NCBI GenBank assembly: GCA_963760755.1
Contig: CAVXEE010000004.1
Span: forward strand, 141,555 to 205,554
Origin: an uncultured Actinomycetes bacterium
GTDB lineage: Bacteria; Actinomycetota; Thermoleophilia; Gaiellales; JAICJC01
Length of the DNA: 64,000 bases
Direction: 5' to 3'
Shown: positions 18,383 to 28,185 of the stretch, in pieces
Layout: the number at the start of each line of letters is the position of its first letter
How positions within the stretch are numbered: the first letter of the stretch is position 1
The notes under the pieces: generated by a model
What the model was told of the DNA's origin: nothing
Seen by the model: the letters and a program-made list of their open reading frames with translations, nothing else
The model's database searches: none
Program-made: the position numbers and the translations under genes

Positions 18383-19087
18383 ATGCCGGAAGGACTGTCG
18401 AGCTCCGAGGTCGGCAAGGAGATCGCCGAACACGGAAAGCACGCTGCCGAGGAGGATGACGGTGATCGCAAGCAGCACCGCTGGGTGACGATCACCGAGG
18501 CGGTGATCCTGTCGGTCGTCGCGATCGTGGCAGCCTACTCGGGGTACACCGCTGCGCAGTGGAGCACGCACTCAGCGGTGGAGCTGGCATCGGCGGCGGC
18601 CAACCGCACCAAGGCCAACCGGGCCGACCTCGAAGCGATGTCGCAGCGCAACTTCGACGCGTCCACGTTCAACGCGTGGTTCACGGCGTACATCGCCCGG
18701 AACGCGCTCGGAGAGCGCCTGGCGGCACGCCGCTTCTCGCCCGCGTTCCGCATTGCCTTCCGGGCATGGTTGGCGACGGATCCCGCGACCAACCCGAATG
18801 CGCCTCGGGGACCGACGTACATGCCGCAGTACCGTCAGCCCGGGCAGGTTGCGACTCGCGCCTTCGATGCCGCCGCCGATGTGCATTTCGCGGCTGGTTC
18901 GGCGGCCGGCGCGACCGCCGACAAGTACATCCGGGTGACCGTGTATCTGGCGACGGTGCTGTTCCTGGTCGGGATCAGCGGTCACTTCCCGGTGCTGGGG
19001 GCGCGCTACGGGCTGGTCGCACTCGGGGCCCTCCTGGTGCTCTTCTCGCTGATCCAGCTCGTGCAGCTGCCGCAGCCACCGGCATGA
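18383..19087 (+). CDS. membrane protein, DUF4337-like (tentative)
   Basis: Inside ORF 18269..19087, ATG 18383. Acidic/His N-terminus, one TM segment, a helical region, then two C-terminal TM segments. Confidence 0.55.
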   Translation: MPEGLSSSEVGKEIAEHGKHAAEEDDGDRKQHRWVTITEAVILSVVAIVAAYSGYTAAQWSTHSAVELASAAANRTKANRADLEAMSQRNFDASTFNAWFTAYIARNALGERLAARRFSPAFRIAFRAWLATDPATNPNAPRGPTYMPQYRQPGQVATRAFDAAADVHFAAGSAAGATADKYIRVTVYLATVLFLVGISGHFPVLGARYGLVALGALLVLFSLIQLVQLPQPPA

Positions 19088-19295
19088 CGTGCTCGAAAGG
19101 TCGAGCGCGAAGATGCGTTCGCCCGAATCGGACGATGCCCGGTCTGGATCGCGACCCTAAGAACCCGTGGTCGGCAGCTTGGCCCATCGGGTCCCCTGGG
19201 AGGTGGCCTGTGCCAGACCAATTGCGGGTCCTCATGGTCATCTCCTCGGCCGGCCGGGCGCCAACGCGGGGCGCGCACGTCCGGGGCGCAGTCGC

Positions 19296-20708
19296 ATGAT
19301 GCCGCTGGCCTCGACCACGGTCGACCTGGCCCGGATCCAGTTCGCGACGACGTCGATCTACCACTTCCTCTTCGTGCCGCTCACGCTCGGGCTGGCGCCG
19401 TTGGTGGCGGCCATGCAGACGCTGTGGTACCGGTCGCACGACGATGCCTGGCTGCGGCTGACCCGGTTCTTCGGCGCGCTGCTTCTGATCAACTTCGCGA
19501 TCGGAGTGGCGACCGGCCTGGTGCAGGAGTTCCAGTTCGGGATGAGCTGGTCGGTGTATTCCAACTTCGTCGGAGGGGTGTTCGGCGCGCCGCTTGCGAT
19601 CGAGGGCCTGGCGGCATTCATGCTGGAGGCGACGTTTCTCGGGCTCTGGATCTTCGGCTGGGAGCAGCTCCCGCGCCGTCTGCATCTGGCCACGATCTGG
19701 ATCGTGGCGCTGGCGACCTGGCTGTCGGCCTACCTGATCCTCGTGGCCAACTCGTGGATGCAGCACCCGGTCGGCTACAAGATGGTCGGCGGCAAGGCGC
19801 AGCTCACAAGCGTGTCCGCGCTGCTTTCGAACAGCTTCGCGATCATCGCCTGGATCCACGTGATCCTGGCCGGCCTCATCTTCGGGTCGATGGTGATGCT
19901 CGGGGTCAGCTGCTGGCACATGCTGCGCGAGCGAAACGTCGAGCTGTTCGGCCGGGCTGCGAAGCTGGCCGTGATCGTGGCGGTGCCGGCGACGTTGATC
20001 CAGCTCTCGGTGGGCAACCGCTTCGGCGAGGCGGTGACCAGTGCGCAGGGCATGAAGATCGCCGCGTCCGAGGCGCAGTGGAACACCTGCGAGCCATGCG
20101 GCTTCTCGATCTTCCAGATCGGCGGGTTCTCCGCGCAGGACGAAACGCCCAGCTTCTCGATCACGATTCCCGACGTCCTGTCATGGATGGCGACCGGCTC
20201 GTTCAGCGGCAAGGTCGAGGGCTTGAACCAGCTGCAACAGCAGGAACAGCGGTCGTACGGGCGTGGGAACTACATCCCGAACGTCAGGCTGATGTACTGG
20301 TCGATGCGGGTGATGGCGATGCTGGGGGTGGCGATGTTCCTCATCGCCGCGGCGGGGGCGTGGCTGTACCACAAGCGGAAGCTGCAGACGACGCGGTGGT
20401 TCCTGTGGATTGCCGTGGTGGGCATGTCGTTCCCGTACATCGCCGCGACGGCCGGGTGGATCCTGACCGAGATGGGCCGCCAACCGTGGATCGTGCAGAA
20501 CCTGCTGAAGACCTCCACCGCCGTCTCGACCGGCCTCAGCACGGCCACGATCGCCGCCAGCCTCACGGTCTTCCTGCTGTTGTACACCGTGCTCGGAGTC
20601 GTCGACTTCATGCTGATGCGGCACTACGCGCGGCTTGACCCGCCACAGGTCGACCAGGCTGGAGCGGGCGCCCCCGTGCCGCAGCCCTTCTCGTACGGAG
20701 GTGACTGA
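19296..20708 (+). CDS. cydA: cytochrome bd ubiquinol oxidase subunit I
   Basis: Inside ORF 19167..20708, ATG 19296. N-terminus LARIQFATTSIYHFLFVPLTLGL, plus EFQFGMSW and GRQPWIV. Confidence 0.9.
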   Translation: MMPLASTTVDLARIQFATTSIYHFLFVPLTLGLAPLVAAMQTLWYRSHDDAWLRLTRFFGALLLINFAIGVATGLVQEFQFGMSWSVYSNFVGGVFGAPLAIEGLAAFMLEATFLGLWIFGWEQLPRRLHLATIWIVALATWLSAYLILVANSWMQHPVGYKMVGGKAQLTSVSALLSNSFAIIAWIHVILAGLIFGSMVMLGVSCWHMLRERNVELFGRAAKLAVIVAVPATLIQLSVGNRFGEAVTSAQGMKIAASEAQWNTCEPCGFSIFQIGGFSAQDETPSFSITIPDVLSWMATGSFSGKVEGLNQLQQQEQRSYGRGNYIPNVRLMYWSMRVMAMLGVAMFLIAAAGAWLYHKRKLQTTRWFLWIAVVGMSFPYIAATAGWILTEMGRQPWIVQNLLKTSTAVSTGLSTATIAASLTVFLLLYTVLGVVDFMLMRHYARLDPPQVDQAGAGAPVPQPFSYGGD

Positions 20709-20709
20709 C

Positions 20710-21753
20710 ATGGGCCTCGAGGAGGTCTGGTTCGTCCTGATCGGCGTCCTCTGGAGCGGCTACTTCCTGCTCGAGGGGTTCGACTTCGGCGTCGGCATGC
20801 TGCTGCCCGTGCTCCCCCGCGACGAGCGCGAGCGCGGCCTCATGTTCGAGTCGATCGGACCGGTGTGGGACGGCAATGAGGTGTGGCTGGTGGTTGCCGC
20901 CGGCGCGACGTTCGCCGCCTTCCCCGCCTGGTACGCGACCCTGTTCTCAGGGTTCTACGTGGCGCTTCTGCTGATCCTCGTGCTGCTGATCGTCCGTGTG
21001 GTGTCGTTCGAGTGGCGCGAGAAGCGCGCCGGCACCCACTGGCGCGCGACCTGGCTTTGGGCGAACGCGATCGGGAGCGTCGGCGCGCCCTTCCTGTGGG
21101 GAGTCGCGCTCGCGAACCTCGTCCAGGGCGTCCCGCTCGACTCCGCGCACGTCTTCACGGGCGGGATCATCGACCTGTTCAGCGCCTACTCGGTCGCTGC
21201 CGGACTCGCGGTCGTGGCGACGTTCGCGCTGCACGGCGCCACCTATCTCAGCTTGCGGACTGCCGGCGACCTCCGCAAACGAGCCGAGCGCACCGCCCGG
21301 AGATCGGCGCTGCCCGCGATCATCCTCGGTGGCGGCGTCGCCGCGTGGACGGTGCTCGTGGCGCACCAGAACAACGACCGCGCGATTCTGCCGACGACGG
21401 TCCCCGCCGTGGTGACCGCGAGCATGCTCGTCCTCGCACTGGTGCTCACACGCACCGATCGGAACGGCTGGGCGTTCGCGGCCACGGGGTTGGGCGTGAT
21501 CGGCTTCATCGCCACGATCTTCACCGGCCTCTACCCGCGGGTGCTCGTCTCGGATCCCAGCTTCGCCAACAGCTTGACGATCCAAAACGCCGCGACCGGG
21601 CACTATGCCCTCGAGGTGATCTCAGTGGCGGCGGTGATCTTCACGCCGCTGATCGTGCTCTATCAGGGCTGGACCTACTACGTGTTCCGAAGGCGGCTCG
21701 GCGGAGATCACGCGGCCGCCGTGACCGGTTCGCTTCCCGCCGATCAACGCTAG
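20710..21753 (+). CDS. cydB: cytochrome bd ubiquinol oxidase subunit II
   Basis: Inside ORF 20635..21753. ATG 20710 lies 1 nt after the cydA stop. Motifs GFDFGVGML and WDGNEVWL are present. Confidence 0.9.
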   Translation: MGLEEVWFVLIGVLWSGYFLLEGFDFGVGMLLPVLPRDERERGLMFESIGPVWDGNEVWLVVAAGATFAAFPAWYATLFSGFYVALLLILVLLIVRVVSFEWREKRAGTHWRATWLWANAIGSVGAPFLWGVALANLVQGVPLDSAHVFTGGIIDLFSAYSVAAGLAVVATFALHGATYLSLRTAGDLRKRAERTARRSALPAIILGGGVAAWTVLVAHQNNDRAILPTTVPAVVTASMLVLALVLTRTDRNGWAFAATGLGVIGFIATIFTGLYPRVLVSDPSFANSLTIQNAATGHYALEVISVAAVIFTPLIVLYQGWTYYVFRRRLGGDHAAAVTGSLPADQR

Positions 21754-22002
21754 CGACCAGCTCCCGCCGGCTGGGGTGCGCGCACTGGAGAGATGCGCAC
21801 CACCGGCTCGGCCTATCCAAAGAGGCCACGGTCGAAGCGTCTGCTCGGCGCCTCTCGCGCGTCCGGTCTCCGGCGGCCGGGCGGTAGCCGGTGGGCGCAA
21901 TGTCAGTCTCGTTCGCACGCCGCGCGGGCGCATCGGGGACGCCCCGGGTCGTGCCTGCGGGTTTGCCGCGGGCGCGGCGCTGCCGGTTCTCGCGGCGCCG
22001 CG

Positions 22003-23748
22003 TCAGTTGCGGATGGTCACCGGAGTGCAGCGTCTGGCGATGTGGCCGCGGATGGTGATGGCGGAGACGCAGTAGAGGTAGTCGCCGTTGGCGAACTGTC
22101 GGGTATCGAACCCGGCGCCGGCCACGTGGAGGCGCAGCACCGTGGTGCATGGACGGTTTGAGTAGAAGCATGCGTTGAGCCGGTAGGTGCCGTGGGCGAA
22201 GACCTGGAACTCACGTGTGGGGTCGATCAGGCGGCTGCCGTCGAAGGCCTGGATGACCGGTCGGTAGTGGCGGCCGGGGTGCCCGGCGGGGGCGAGGAAG
22301 CTGCGGACGCCGGCGACCATCAGCGGCTGCTGAGGCCACTGAGTCGTCTCATGCCGCGGCGTGTCTGAGACGTCGGCGCGCATATCGACGACCCCGTGCA
22401 GGTTGGAGAGCCGGACCGCCGTCGACGGGCCGCGGCCCGGACGGGCGTCGAGCCGGAACGGACGGTACGCAGCGGCGTTGGCGCGGAACGCGGCAAGGGC
22501 GCCGATGTCAGGTGCCTCGGTGTCTGCGGGATCGCGCAGGATGCCCGTCGGCCGCCGCGGGTCGACAAGTCCGCAGCCGGACACGATCTCGGACAGGTGC
22601 ACGTGTCGGAAGCCTCGCTCGATGTGACCGAGCACCTCGCCGCCGAAGACCGGGGACCCGTCGCTGAGAGCAGGACGGACGTGGTAGTAGAAGTACCGGG
22701 AGATCCCGTCGGACGACTCGAGCACGAAGTGCTCGTCCGCCGGGGTTCCGACCGCGGTCGTGCCGTCGATCGTGCCGGCGCGGATCGCAAGCGCGACGGC
22801 CTCGTTGTGGGCGCTCACGTCGTCCCCGAAGTCAGCGCTGCCCGCGCCCCGGGGATCGTTGAACCCTCCGCGGATCGCGTGTGGCCGCGCTGCCGGCGAC
22901 AGCGGCCACGCCCCCGGCGAGGAGGGCGCGAAGAAACACGGGTGGTCGACGGCCGCGAGCGTCAGGGCCGCGTTACGCACAGAGGGCACCGAGGACGCCC
23001 CGCGACCCGAGAGCGCCACCGACAGGCTCAGGTGCGGCGAGAGCACGCCGATCTCAAGTCTCGCGGTCCTCACCGCGAGAAATCGGGGCGCAAAGCGAAC
23101 GTGCACCGTGCACGACCGTCCCGGCCCGAGTTTCCCGACGCACGTCTGCCGGCCGACCCGGAAGTTTCCGGGAAACGCTCCGTCCAGGCGGATTCGCTGG
23201 ATCACCACCGCGTGGGCGATCGGGTTCGACACGGTCACGACCCGGGGCGCGCTCCGGGTCCCGACGACCTGCGCGCGAAATCGGATGCTCGACGGGCGCA
23301 CGGCCAGCACGAAGATCTGCGGCGTCGCACCAACGAAAGCCGCGCCCGTGAGCCCGATGCGAGCGAGCACGCGCCCCGATGGCGTCGACAGCGCGACGGA
23401 GCCCCGTGCAGGACCGCTGCGCACGGGGCCAAACCGCACACCAACCGCACACTGCTCCCCAGAACCCAGCACCGCGACCTGTGCGCACGTCGTCTCCGAT
23501 GCCGCCAGCCGGAAGGCCGCGCCCTGGATAGAGACCCGCAGACGGGCCGGCAGGGGGCCCGGATTGAACACCTCGACCACCCGGACACGGCTCTGGGTCC
23601 ATACACGACGCGCCGAGAACCGCACCCGCGTATCGCTCACGACCACCCGCTGCACCGACGCCCTCGCAGCAGGCAGCTCCGCCCCAAGAGCGGTACCCAA
23701 CACGACCAGCATCAACGCCCCGACCCGACCAGGCCGAGCCCACCTCAC
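22003..23748 (-). CDS. secreted protein: two Ig-like (ASH/HYDIN, choice-of-anchor-D type) repeats plus a degenerate M23/LytM-like domain
   Basis: ORF 22003..23748. Signal peptide present. There are two repeats with the pattern C..V..G..C.V.V.F.P...G. The central region YFYYHV...GGEVLGHIERGFRHVHLSE resembles the M23 HxH region. The functional call is tentative. Confidence 0.6.
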   Translation of the reverse strand: MRWARPGRVGALMLVVLGTALGAELPAARASVQRVVVSDTRVRFSARRVWTQSRVRVVEVFNPGPLPARLRVSIQGAAFRLAASETTCAQVAVLGSGEQCAVGVRFGPVRSGPARGSVALSTPSGRVLARIGLTGAAFVGATPQIFVLAVRPSSIRFRAQVVGTRSAPRVVTVSNPIAHAVVIQRIRLDGAFPGNFRVGRQTCVGKLGPGRSCTVHVRFAPRFLAVRTARLEIGVLSPHLSLSVALSGRGASSVPSVRNAALTLAAVDHPCFFAPSSPGAWPLSPAARPHAIRGGFNDPRGAGSADFGDDVSAHNEAVALAIRAGTIDGTTAVGTPADEHFVLESSDGISRYFYYHVRPALSDGSPVFGGEVLGHIERGFRHVHLSEIVSGCGLVDPRRPTGILRDPADTEAPDIGALAAFRANAAAYRPFRLDARPGRGPSTAVRLSNLHGVVDMRADVSDTPRHETTQWPQQPLMVAGVRSFLAPAGHPGRHYRPVIQAFDGSRLIDPTREFQVFAHGTYRLNACFYSNRPCTTVLRLHVAGAGFDTRQFANGDYLYCVSAITIRGHIARRCTPVTIRN

Positions 23749-23937
23749 ACGCGTGCTGATCGGTTCCCCGCCGACGAGATGGCGGTCGTGGCTGAGATCG
23801 CTCCCCCGGGAACTGCTCCCGTTCGCTGCCCGCCGGGGGAGGAGACGCTCATGTGCGTTGTCGTTGCGCTCGCACGCGGAAGGGGGCGTCGGAATCGGCG
23901 AGCCGTGCTGGCTTCATCGCGCGCTTCGTTGTGGTGG

Positions 23938-24918
23938 TCAGTGGCATTGCTGCGTGCCGGAGTCGGCGGTCGTGCCGTCGGTGGTGACGAACTTCCAGTC
24001 GTAGCTGGTTGGGTGGAGTGTCAGCTTGATCACGCCGAACGCCTTGAGGGTGTACTGGACGTTGTGCGATCCCTTCAGCCCGGAGTGGCTGTCGCCGCCG
24101 GTTCCGACGATGAACTGGCGGATGCCGTGGGCCGTGTCGACGGCGCCGCTCGGGTTTTGCGGAGCGAACCGCCCGTACGTGTGCAGGTGGCCGTCGAGGA
24201 CGACGTCGGCCCCGGCGTTGTAGAGCGTCTGCCAGAAGAACTTGTACGCGGACGAGGCGGTGCTCGTGCCGGAGAAGTACGGCTGGTGCCAGTAGGCGAG
24301 CGTGCACTTGCTCGATCCGAGGTTCGCCTGCAGAAACTTGGCCTGCGGTGACCCCGAGCCGCAGCCGCCCACGGCGCTGCACTGTCCGTTCAGGGCGATC
24401 AGGTGCCATGTCCCGAGGTTCCAGGCGTAGTCGCCGTGGGAGTCGCCCGCCGCGGCACCGAAGTAGTGGAAGTACCCCGCCGCGCCGCTGGCGCAGTCGG
24501 TGCCGCCACTGGTGAAGTACTCGTGGTTCCCGGGCACCGGGTGGATGATCGACTTGAACCGACCCCAGCTCGAGCCGAACGCCTTCAGGTAGGCGCTGTA
24601 GCCGCCGCAGTCGTTCTGGTTGTCGCCCAGCGCCAGCACCGCCGAGATCGAGGGATCGGACGCGATCAGGTTCGATGTTGCCAGCTGCTTGCATGCAGAG
24701 GACGTGCCGTTGCCGCCGTTGTACTGCGACTGTGCCGGATCACACGCGATGTCGCCGGCCGCGGCGATCACCGGATCGCCGGTCGCGGCGACCGCGCGGG
24801 TGGTCGCGCCGGCCGATCCAGATTCCAGCGCCATCGACGCAGAGCTCGAGATCACAAGAAGAGCCGCACTTGCAAGCAGTGCAAGCACCGCGCTGCCGGA
24901 GTACCTGTTTCGAGACAT
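23938..24918 (-). CDS. secreted calcineurin-like metallophosphoesterase
   Basis: Inside ORF 23938..25374. ATG at 24916-24918 follows AGGGGGGAG. Signal peptide present. Motifs: AAGDIACD, GDNQND, GNHEY, GHLHTY. Confidence 0.8.
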   Translation of the reverse strand: MSRNRYSGSAVLALLASAALLVISSSASMALESGSAGATTRAVAATGDPVIAAAGDIACDPAQSQYNGGNGTSSACKQLATSNLIASDPSISAVLALGDNQNDCGGYSAYLKAFGSSWGRFKSIIHPVPGNHEYFTSGGTDCASGAAGYFHYFGAAAGDSHGDYAWNLGTWHLIALNGQCSAVGGCGSGSPQAKFLQANLGSSKCTLAYWHQPYFSGTSTASSAYKFFWQTLYNAGADVVLDGHLHTYGRFAPQNPSGAVDTAHGIRQFIVGTGGDSHSGLKGSHNVQYTLKAFGVIKLTLHPTSYDWKFVTTDGTTADSGTQQCH

Positions 24919-25085
24919 GCTCCCCCCTGTGTGATAGTGGTCGAGCGAAGCCCTCGGCGCTCCGCACATCTGCTCGCGACCATCGCTCCCGCTGCCGCGC
25001 CGAAGCGGGGCCCACGCGGTGCGGAGGACTACGGCTCGTGCGGGGGGCCTCGATGGCCTCTCGGCGTCTCGATCGTCGTTGGCTG

Positions 25086-25808
25086 CTAGCACAGGTTCTC
25101 GGTCGGACAGCTGACCGCGCTCGTCGCGCTCCGCGTGTACATCTTGCCCACACCGAGGGAGATGCGATCGAAGTAGTACGTGCTTACGCCGGTGAGGGGC
25201 GCTGCCCCGGAGTCGACGAGCAGGTGGCGGATCGTCACGACCTGATCCGGCCATTGGGTGGCGTACACCTGCCACGCCGAGTGCGTGCCGTCGGCGGCGT
25301 ACGTCCCCGCGCTCTCGCCGACGACGTCGAAGGAGCAGTTGGACTTGAACCCGGTGAAGTCGGATCGCAGCCATGTGCCCCCGCTCGACGCGATGGGGTG
25401 GGTGCAGGTGAGTGAGTTCAGGAAGGCCACGTCACCGTTCGAGAAGAACACGTTCATCCGCTCTGACGCGGTCACGGGGTTCGCCGCCGCGAACTCCCAG
25501 GACAGGTTCTTCTGGTCTGCGACCGCAATGCGGCGGTTGCTGCTCGCAGTCGAGAAGGCCCTCCCGAACGAGCATGCCGCCAGGTTCGCGTCCGAGCATC
25601 CGGGGGAGTTCGGCGGGAGCACCAGCCTCAACGCGCGATGGTTCGCGTCGGTGGGCGAGTCGTTGGTCGTCGTGACCCAACGCAGCGTGCTCCCGTTGCT
25701 CGTCTCGAACCGCATCCGCTGGCTCTTGCCGACGGTCGCTCCCTCCGCCGTCGTCGCAAACACCAGCACCGCGAGTGCCGCGGCTCCCAAGATCCATGAG
25801 CGTTTCAC
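25086..25808 (-). CDS. secreted hypothetical protein
   Basis: ORF 25086..25808. GTG start follows AGGAGGCAG. Signal peptide MKRSWILGAAALAVLVFATTAEG. Cysteine-containing, no family recognised. Confidence 0.65.
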   Translation of the reverse strand: MKRSWILGAAALAVLVFATTAEGATVGKSQRMRFETSNGSTLRWVTTTNDSPTDANHRALRLVLPPNSPGCSDANLAACSFGRAFSTASSNRRIAVADQKNLSWEFAAANPVTASERMNVFFSNGDVAFLNSLTCTHPIASSGGTWLRSDFTGFKSNCSFDVVGESAGTYAADGTHSAWQVYATQWPDQVVTIRHLLVDSGAAPLTGVSTYYFDRISLGVGKMYTRSATSAVSCPTENLC

Positions 25809-25971
25809 GACTGCCTCCTGTCACATTAGTTACAAAGTGGTTCGTCGCGGACGGTACGCACTCCGTGAGAGCACGGCATCGGGGGATGCACCAACCCTGC
25901 ACCGTACAAAGCCGCAGTCGGAATCACCCGACCACCTCGAGGCGGAGGACGCGGGTTCGGTCAGGCGACGC

Positions 25972-26184
25972 TCAGTCGCCGTAGCCGGCGACGCCGACCG
26001 CGTCGAGCATGTCCTTCGCGAACGTGATCGCCGTGCCTGGATCGGGGAAGACCAGGCGGACCTCGGGCCCAAGCTCAGCCGGGTGGATGACGACCACGGT
26101 GCCCTCAGCGGTCACCTTGATCTCATGCGTATTCGGAGGGAGCACGATGCGCACGTGGGTGGGATCGGGGCCGGGATCGGGCAT
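25972..26184 (-). CDS. small hypothetical protein (70 aa)
   Basis: ORF 25972..26184. Third codon positions are mostly G/C. Confidence 0.5.
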   Translation of the reverse strand: MPDPGPDPTHVRIVLPPNTHEIKVTAEGTVVVIHPAELGPEVRLVFPDPGTAITFAKDMLDAVGVAGYGD

Positions 26185-26286
26185 CGACGGAGCGTAGCAG
26201 TGGGACTGTCACGAGACTGACCGCGTCGGCCGGCCCGAGGTGGCGGACGCCGCGCTCCACCTCCCGTTTCGGGCGCGGCCCTCTGC

Positions 26287-26565
26287 TCAGGCGAGTCCGA
26301 GCTCGCGCTTTGCGTCCTCTTCCATCCGCTCGAGCCGGGTGTAGTAGTCCGGGAACTCGTTCAGGTGGGCCAACGCGATCTTGCCGGTCGTGGTGGGGTC
26401 GTCGTGGGTCACGTTGGTCGCCGGATCCTGGATGCCGTGCTCCAGCTCGACGTCCATCCCTCGCCGGAACTGGTCGGCATCGAACGGTGCCGAGCCCCAG
26501 TCGACTCCGATCTGCTCGCCGATGCTGCGGGCCTCATCGAGAGTGAAGCTCTTGCGCGCTGACAT
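26287..26565 (-). CDS. conserved hypothetical protein (ELEHG...AHLxEFPDYY motif; resembles the DUF5661 type from memory)
   Basis: ORF 26287..26565. Contains MDVELEHG...TNVTHDD...KIALAHLNEFPDYYTRLERME. Confidence 0.6.
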   Translation of the reverse strand: MSARKSFTLDEARSIGEQIGVDWGSAPFDADQFRRGMDVELEHGIQDPATNVTHDDPTTTGKIALAHLNEFPDYYTRLERMEEDAKRELGLA

Positions 26566-26597
26566 GTTGGCTCCTTTCGCTTGTGGTCACGGGATCT

Positions 26598-27086
26598 TCA
26601 TCTCTGGTTGGAGGCCGCCGTCACGGGCGCTCGGCGCGGCTCCAGGACGACGACCGCCGTCTCGTGCGGGCGTCGTGCCGCGTAGCTGTCGAGGTTCTTG
26701 TCCAGCTCGCGCCAGTGTTGCCACAGGCGCTCACGTTCCTCACCGGCTGCGCACCTGGCGAGCACTTCGCACCGGACACCACCGGCGAGGTCGACGAGCG
26801 CCCGTGGATCAGCCTGCAGATTCAGCCACCACGCCGGCTCGGCGGCACCCCAGCCGTTCATCGCCATCGAGACTTTGTTCGGCCCGTCCTCGTAGTAGCC
26901 AAGGATCACGCTCCGCGGCTCGCCGCTGTGCCGGCCCGTTGTCGTCAGCCGCAGCGCGCCCCATTTCCCGGAGCGGGGGAGCCACAACCCCCTGCGGCCC
27001 CGGCTCATTCGAACGATCCGGCGGTGGATGTGCCAGAACATCTTGACGAACCATCGCGGTGGCAGCAGCGCCTTGGTGCCGGCCAT
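26598..27086 (-). CDS. deazaflavin (F420)-dependent nitroreductase family protein (Ddn-like)
   Basis: Distal 162 aa of ORF 26598..27965. ATG at 27084-27086 follows GGAGGTGG. Family pattern: LRLTTTGRHSGEPRSVILGYYEDGPN...PAWWLNLQADP. Confidence 0.75.
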   Translation of the reverse strand: MAGTKALLPPRWFVKMFWHIHRRIVRMSRGRRGLWLPRSGKWGALRLTTTGRHSGEPRSVILGYYEDGPNKVSMAMNGWGAAEPAWWLNLQADPRALVDLAGGVRCEVLARCAAGEERERLWQHWRELDKNLDSYAARRPHETAVVVLEPRRAPVTAASNQR

Positions 27087-27290
27087 GTTCCACCTCCATG
27101 TTGGCTCGGTACACACCCTCCCACCGGCGGGGCCCGCGAGCATCAGGGGAAGCGCGTAACAGGCCACCGTGACAATCCCCGAATTCCACACCGTGCATGC
27201 TGCCCGGCGGCGAGGATCGGGGACTTCACGGATGCGGCCGGGGAGATGGCGCGCGATGCTTAAGGCGGCACACGAAAGGAGGTGAGACTC

Positions 27291-27953
27291 GTGTTTGCAC
27301 ATGCGTCTCCGTACCCGGTGCGCGTTGAGGGGCACATGGACTCGTCCCTCTCCCGGTGGCTGTGGCTCGTCAAGTGGCTGCTGGTCGTACCGCACCTGAT
27401 CGCCCTGGCGCTCCTGTGGGTGGGCTTCCTGCTCGTGAGCGTGATCGCGTTCTTCGCGATCCTCTTCACGGGTCGGTATCCGCGCAGGCTCTTCGACTTC
27501 AACGTCGGTGTCCTGCGCTGGACATGGCGGGTCGGCTTCTACACGTTCGACGCGAACGGGACCGACCGCTATCCGCCGTTCACGCTGAAGGACGTGGACT
27601 ATCCGGCCACCCTCACAGTGGCCTACCCGGCGCGGCTCTCCCGCGGGCTCGTGCTGGTGAAGTGGTGGCTGCTCGCGATCCCGCAGTACCTGGTCGTCGG
27701 CATCATCGGCGGCCTGTGCTTTGCGTCGAACTCGGGCGGTCTCGTCGGGCTGCTCGTGCTGATCGCCGTGGTCACGCTGCTCGTCCGGGGTACCTACCCG
27801 CCCAGCATCTTCGACCTCGTGCTCGGCCTGAACCGATGGGTGCTCCGCGTCATGGCCTACGCCGCGCTGATGACGGACGCCTACCCGCCGTTCCGGCTCG
27901 ACATGGGGCCGGACGAGCCCGATGTGGCGATCCCGCCTCCGGCGGACGTCTAA
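27291..27953 (+). CDS. DUF4389 domain membrane protein
   Basis: ORF 27282..27953. GTG 27291 lies 8 nt after AAGGAGG. Pattern: [24 protein letters not shown]...[12 protein letters not shown]. Confidence 0.7.
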   Translation: MFAHASPYPVRVEGHMDSSLSRWLWLVKWLLVVPHLIALALLWVGFLLVSVIAFFAILFTGRYPRRLFDFNVGVLRWTWRVGFYTFDANGTDRYPPFTLKDVDYPATLTVAYPARLSRGLVLVKWWLLAIPQYLVVGIIGGLCFASNSGGLVGLLVLIAVVTLLVRGTYPPSIFDLVLGLNRWVLRVMAYAALMTDAYPPFRLDMGPDEPDVAIPPPADV

Positions 27954-27967
27954 CCCGCACCGCATCC

Positions 27968-27995
27968 GGGCCCGCTGCCGTCTGACAGCGGGCCC
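27968..27995 (+). terminator. hairpin terminator after the DUF4389 gene
   Basis: GGGCCCGCTG ccgtctga CAGCGGGCCC forms a 10-bp perfect stem. Confidence 0.5.
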
Positions 27996-28054
27996 GCGGC
28001 GGTGCGCGGCAGATCGCCCGCCGAGTGGCCTCGGCTTCCGCTCTAACAGTGAGG

Positions 28055-28125
28055 CTGCGGGGCAGGGACTCGAACCCCGACTACCTGATCCAGAGTCAGG
28101 CGTCCTACCATTAGACGACCCCGCA
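28055..28125 (-). tRNA. tRNA-Gln (anticodon CUG)
   Basis: The reverse complement is TGCGGGGTCGTCTAATGGTAGGACGCCTGACTCTGGATCAGGTAGTCGGGGTTCGAGTCCCTGCCCCGCAG. The acceptor stem pairs (U1-A72), the T-loop is GTTCGAGTC, and the anticodon loop is CTCTGGA. Confidence 0.9.
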
Positions 28126-28185
28126 AAGGCGGCACAAGGATACCAGAGGGGTATTCGGCCTCCGCGAGCCCGGGCTTGAGCGCCG

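Noticed and set aside
21754-28125. Integrative element inserted at tRNA-Gln.
   Set aside because: I could see no integrase, recombinase, excisionase or direct repeat of the tRNA 3' end. I kept only a weak note about atypical gene content.
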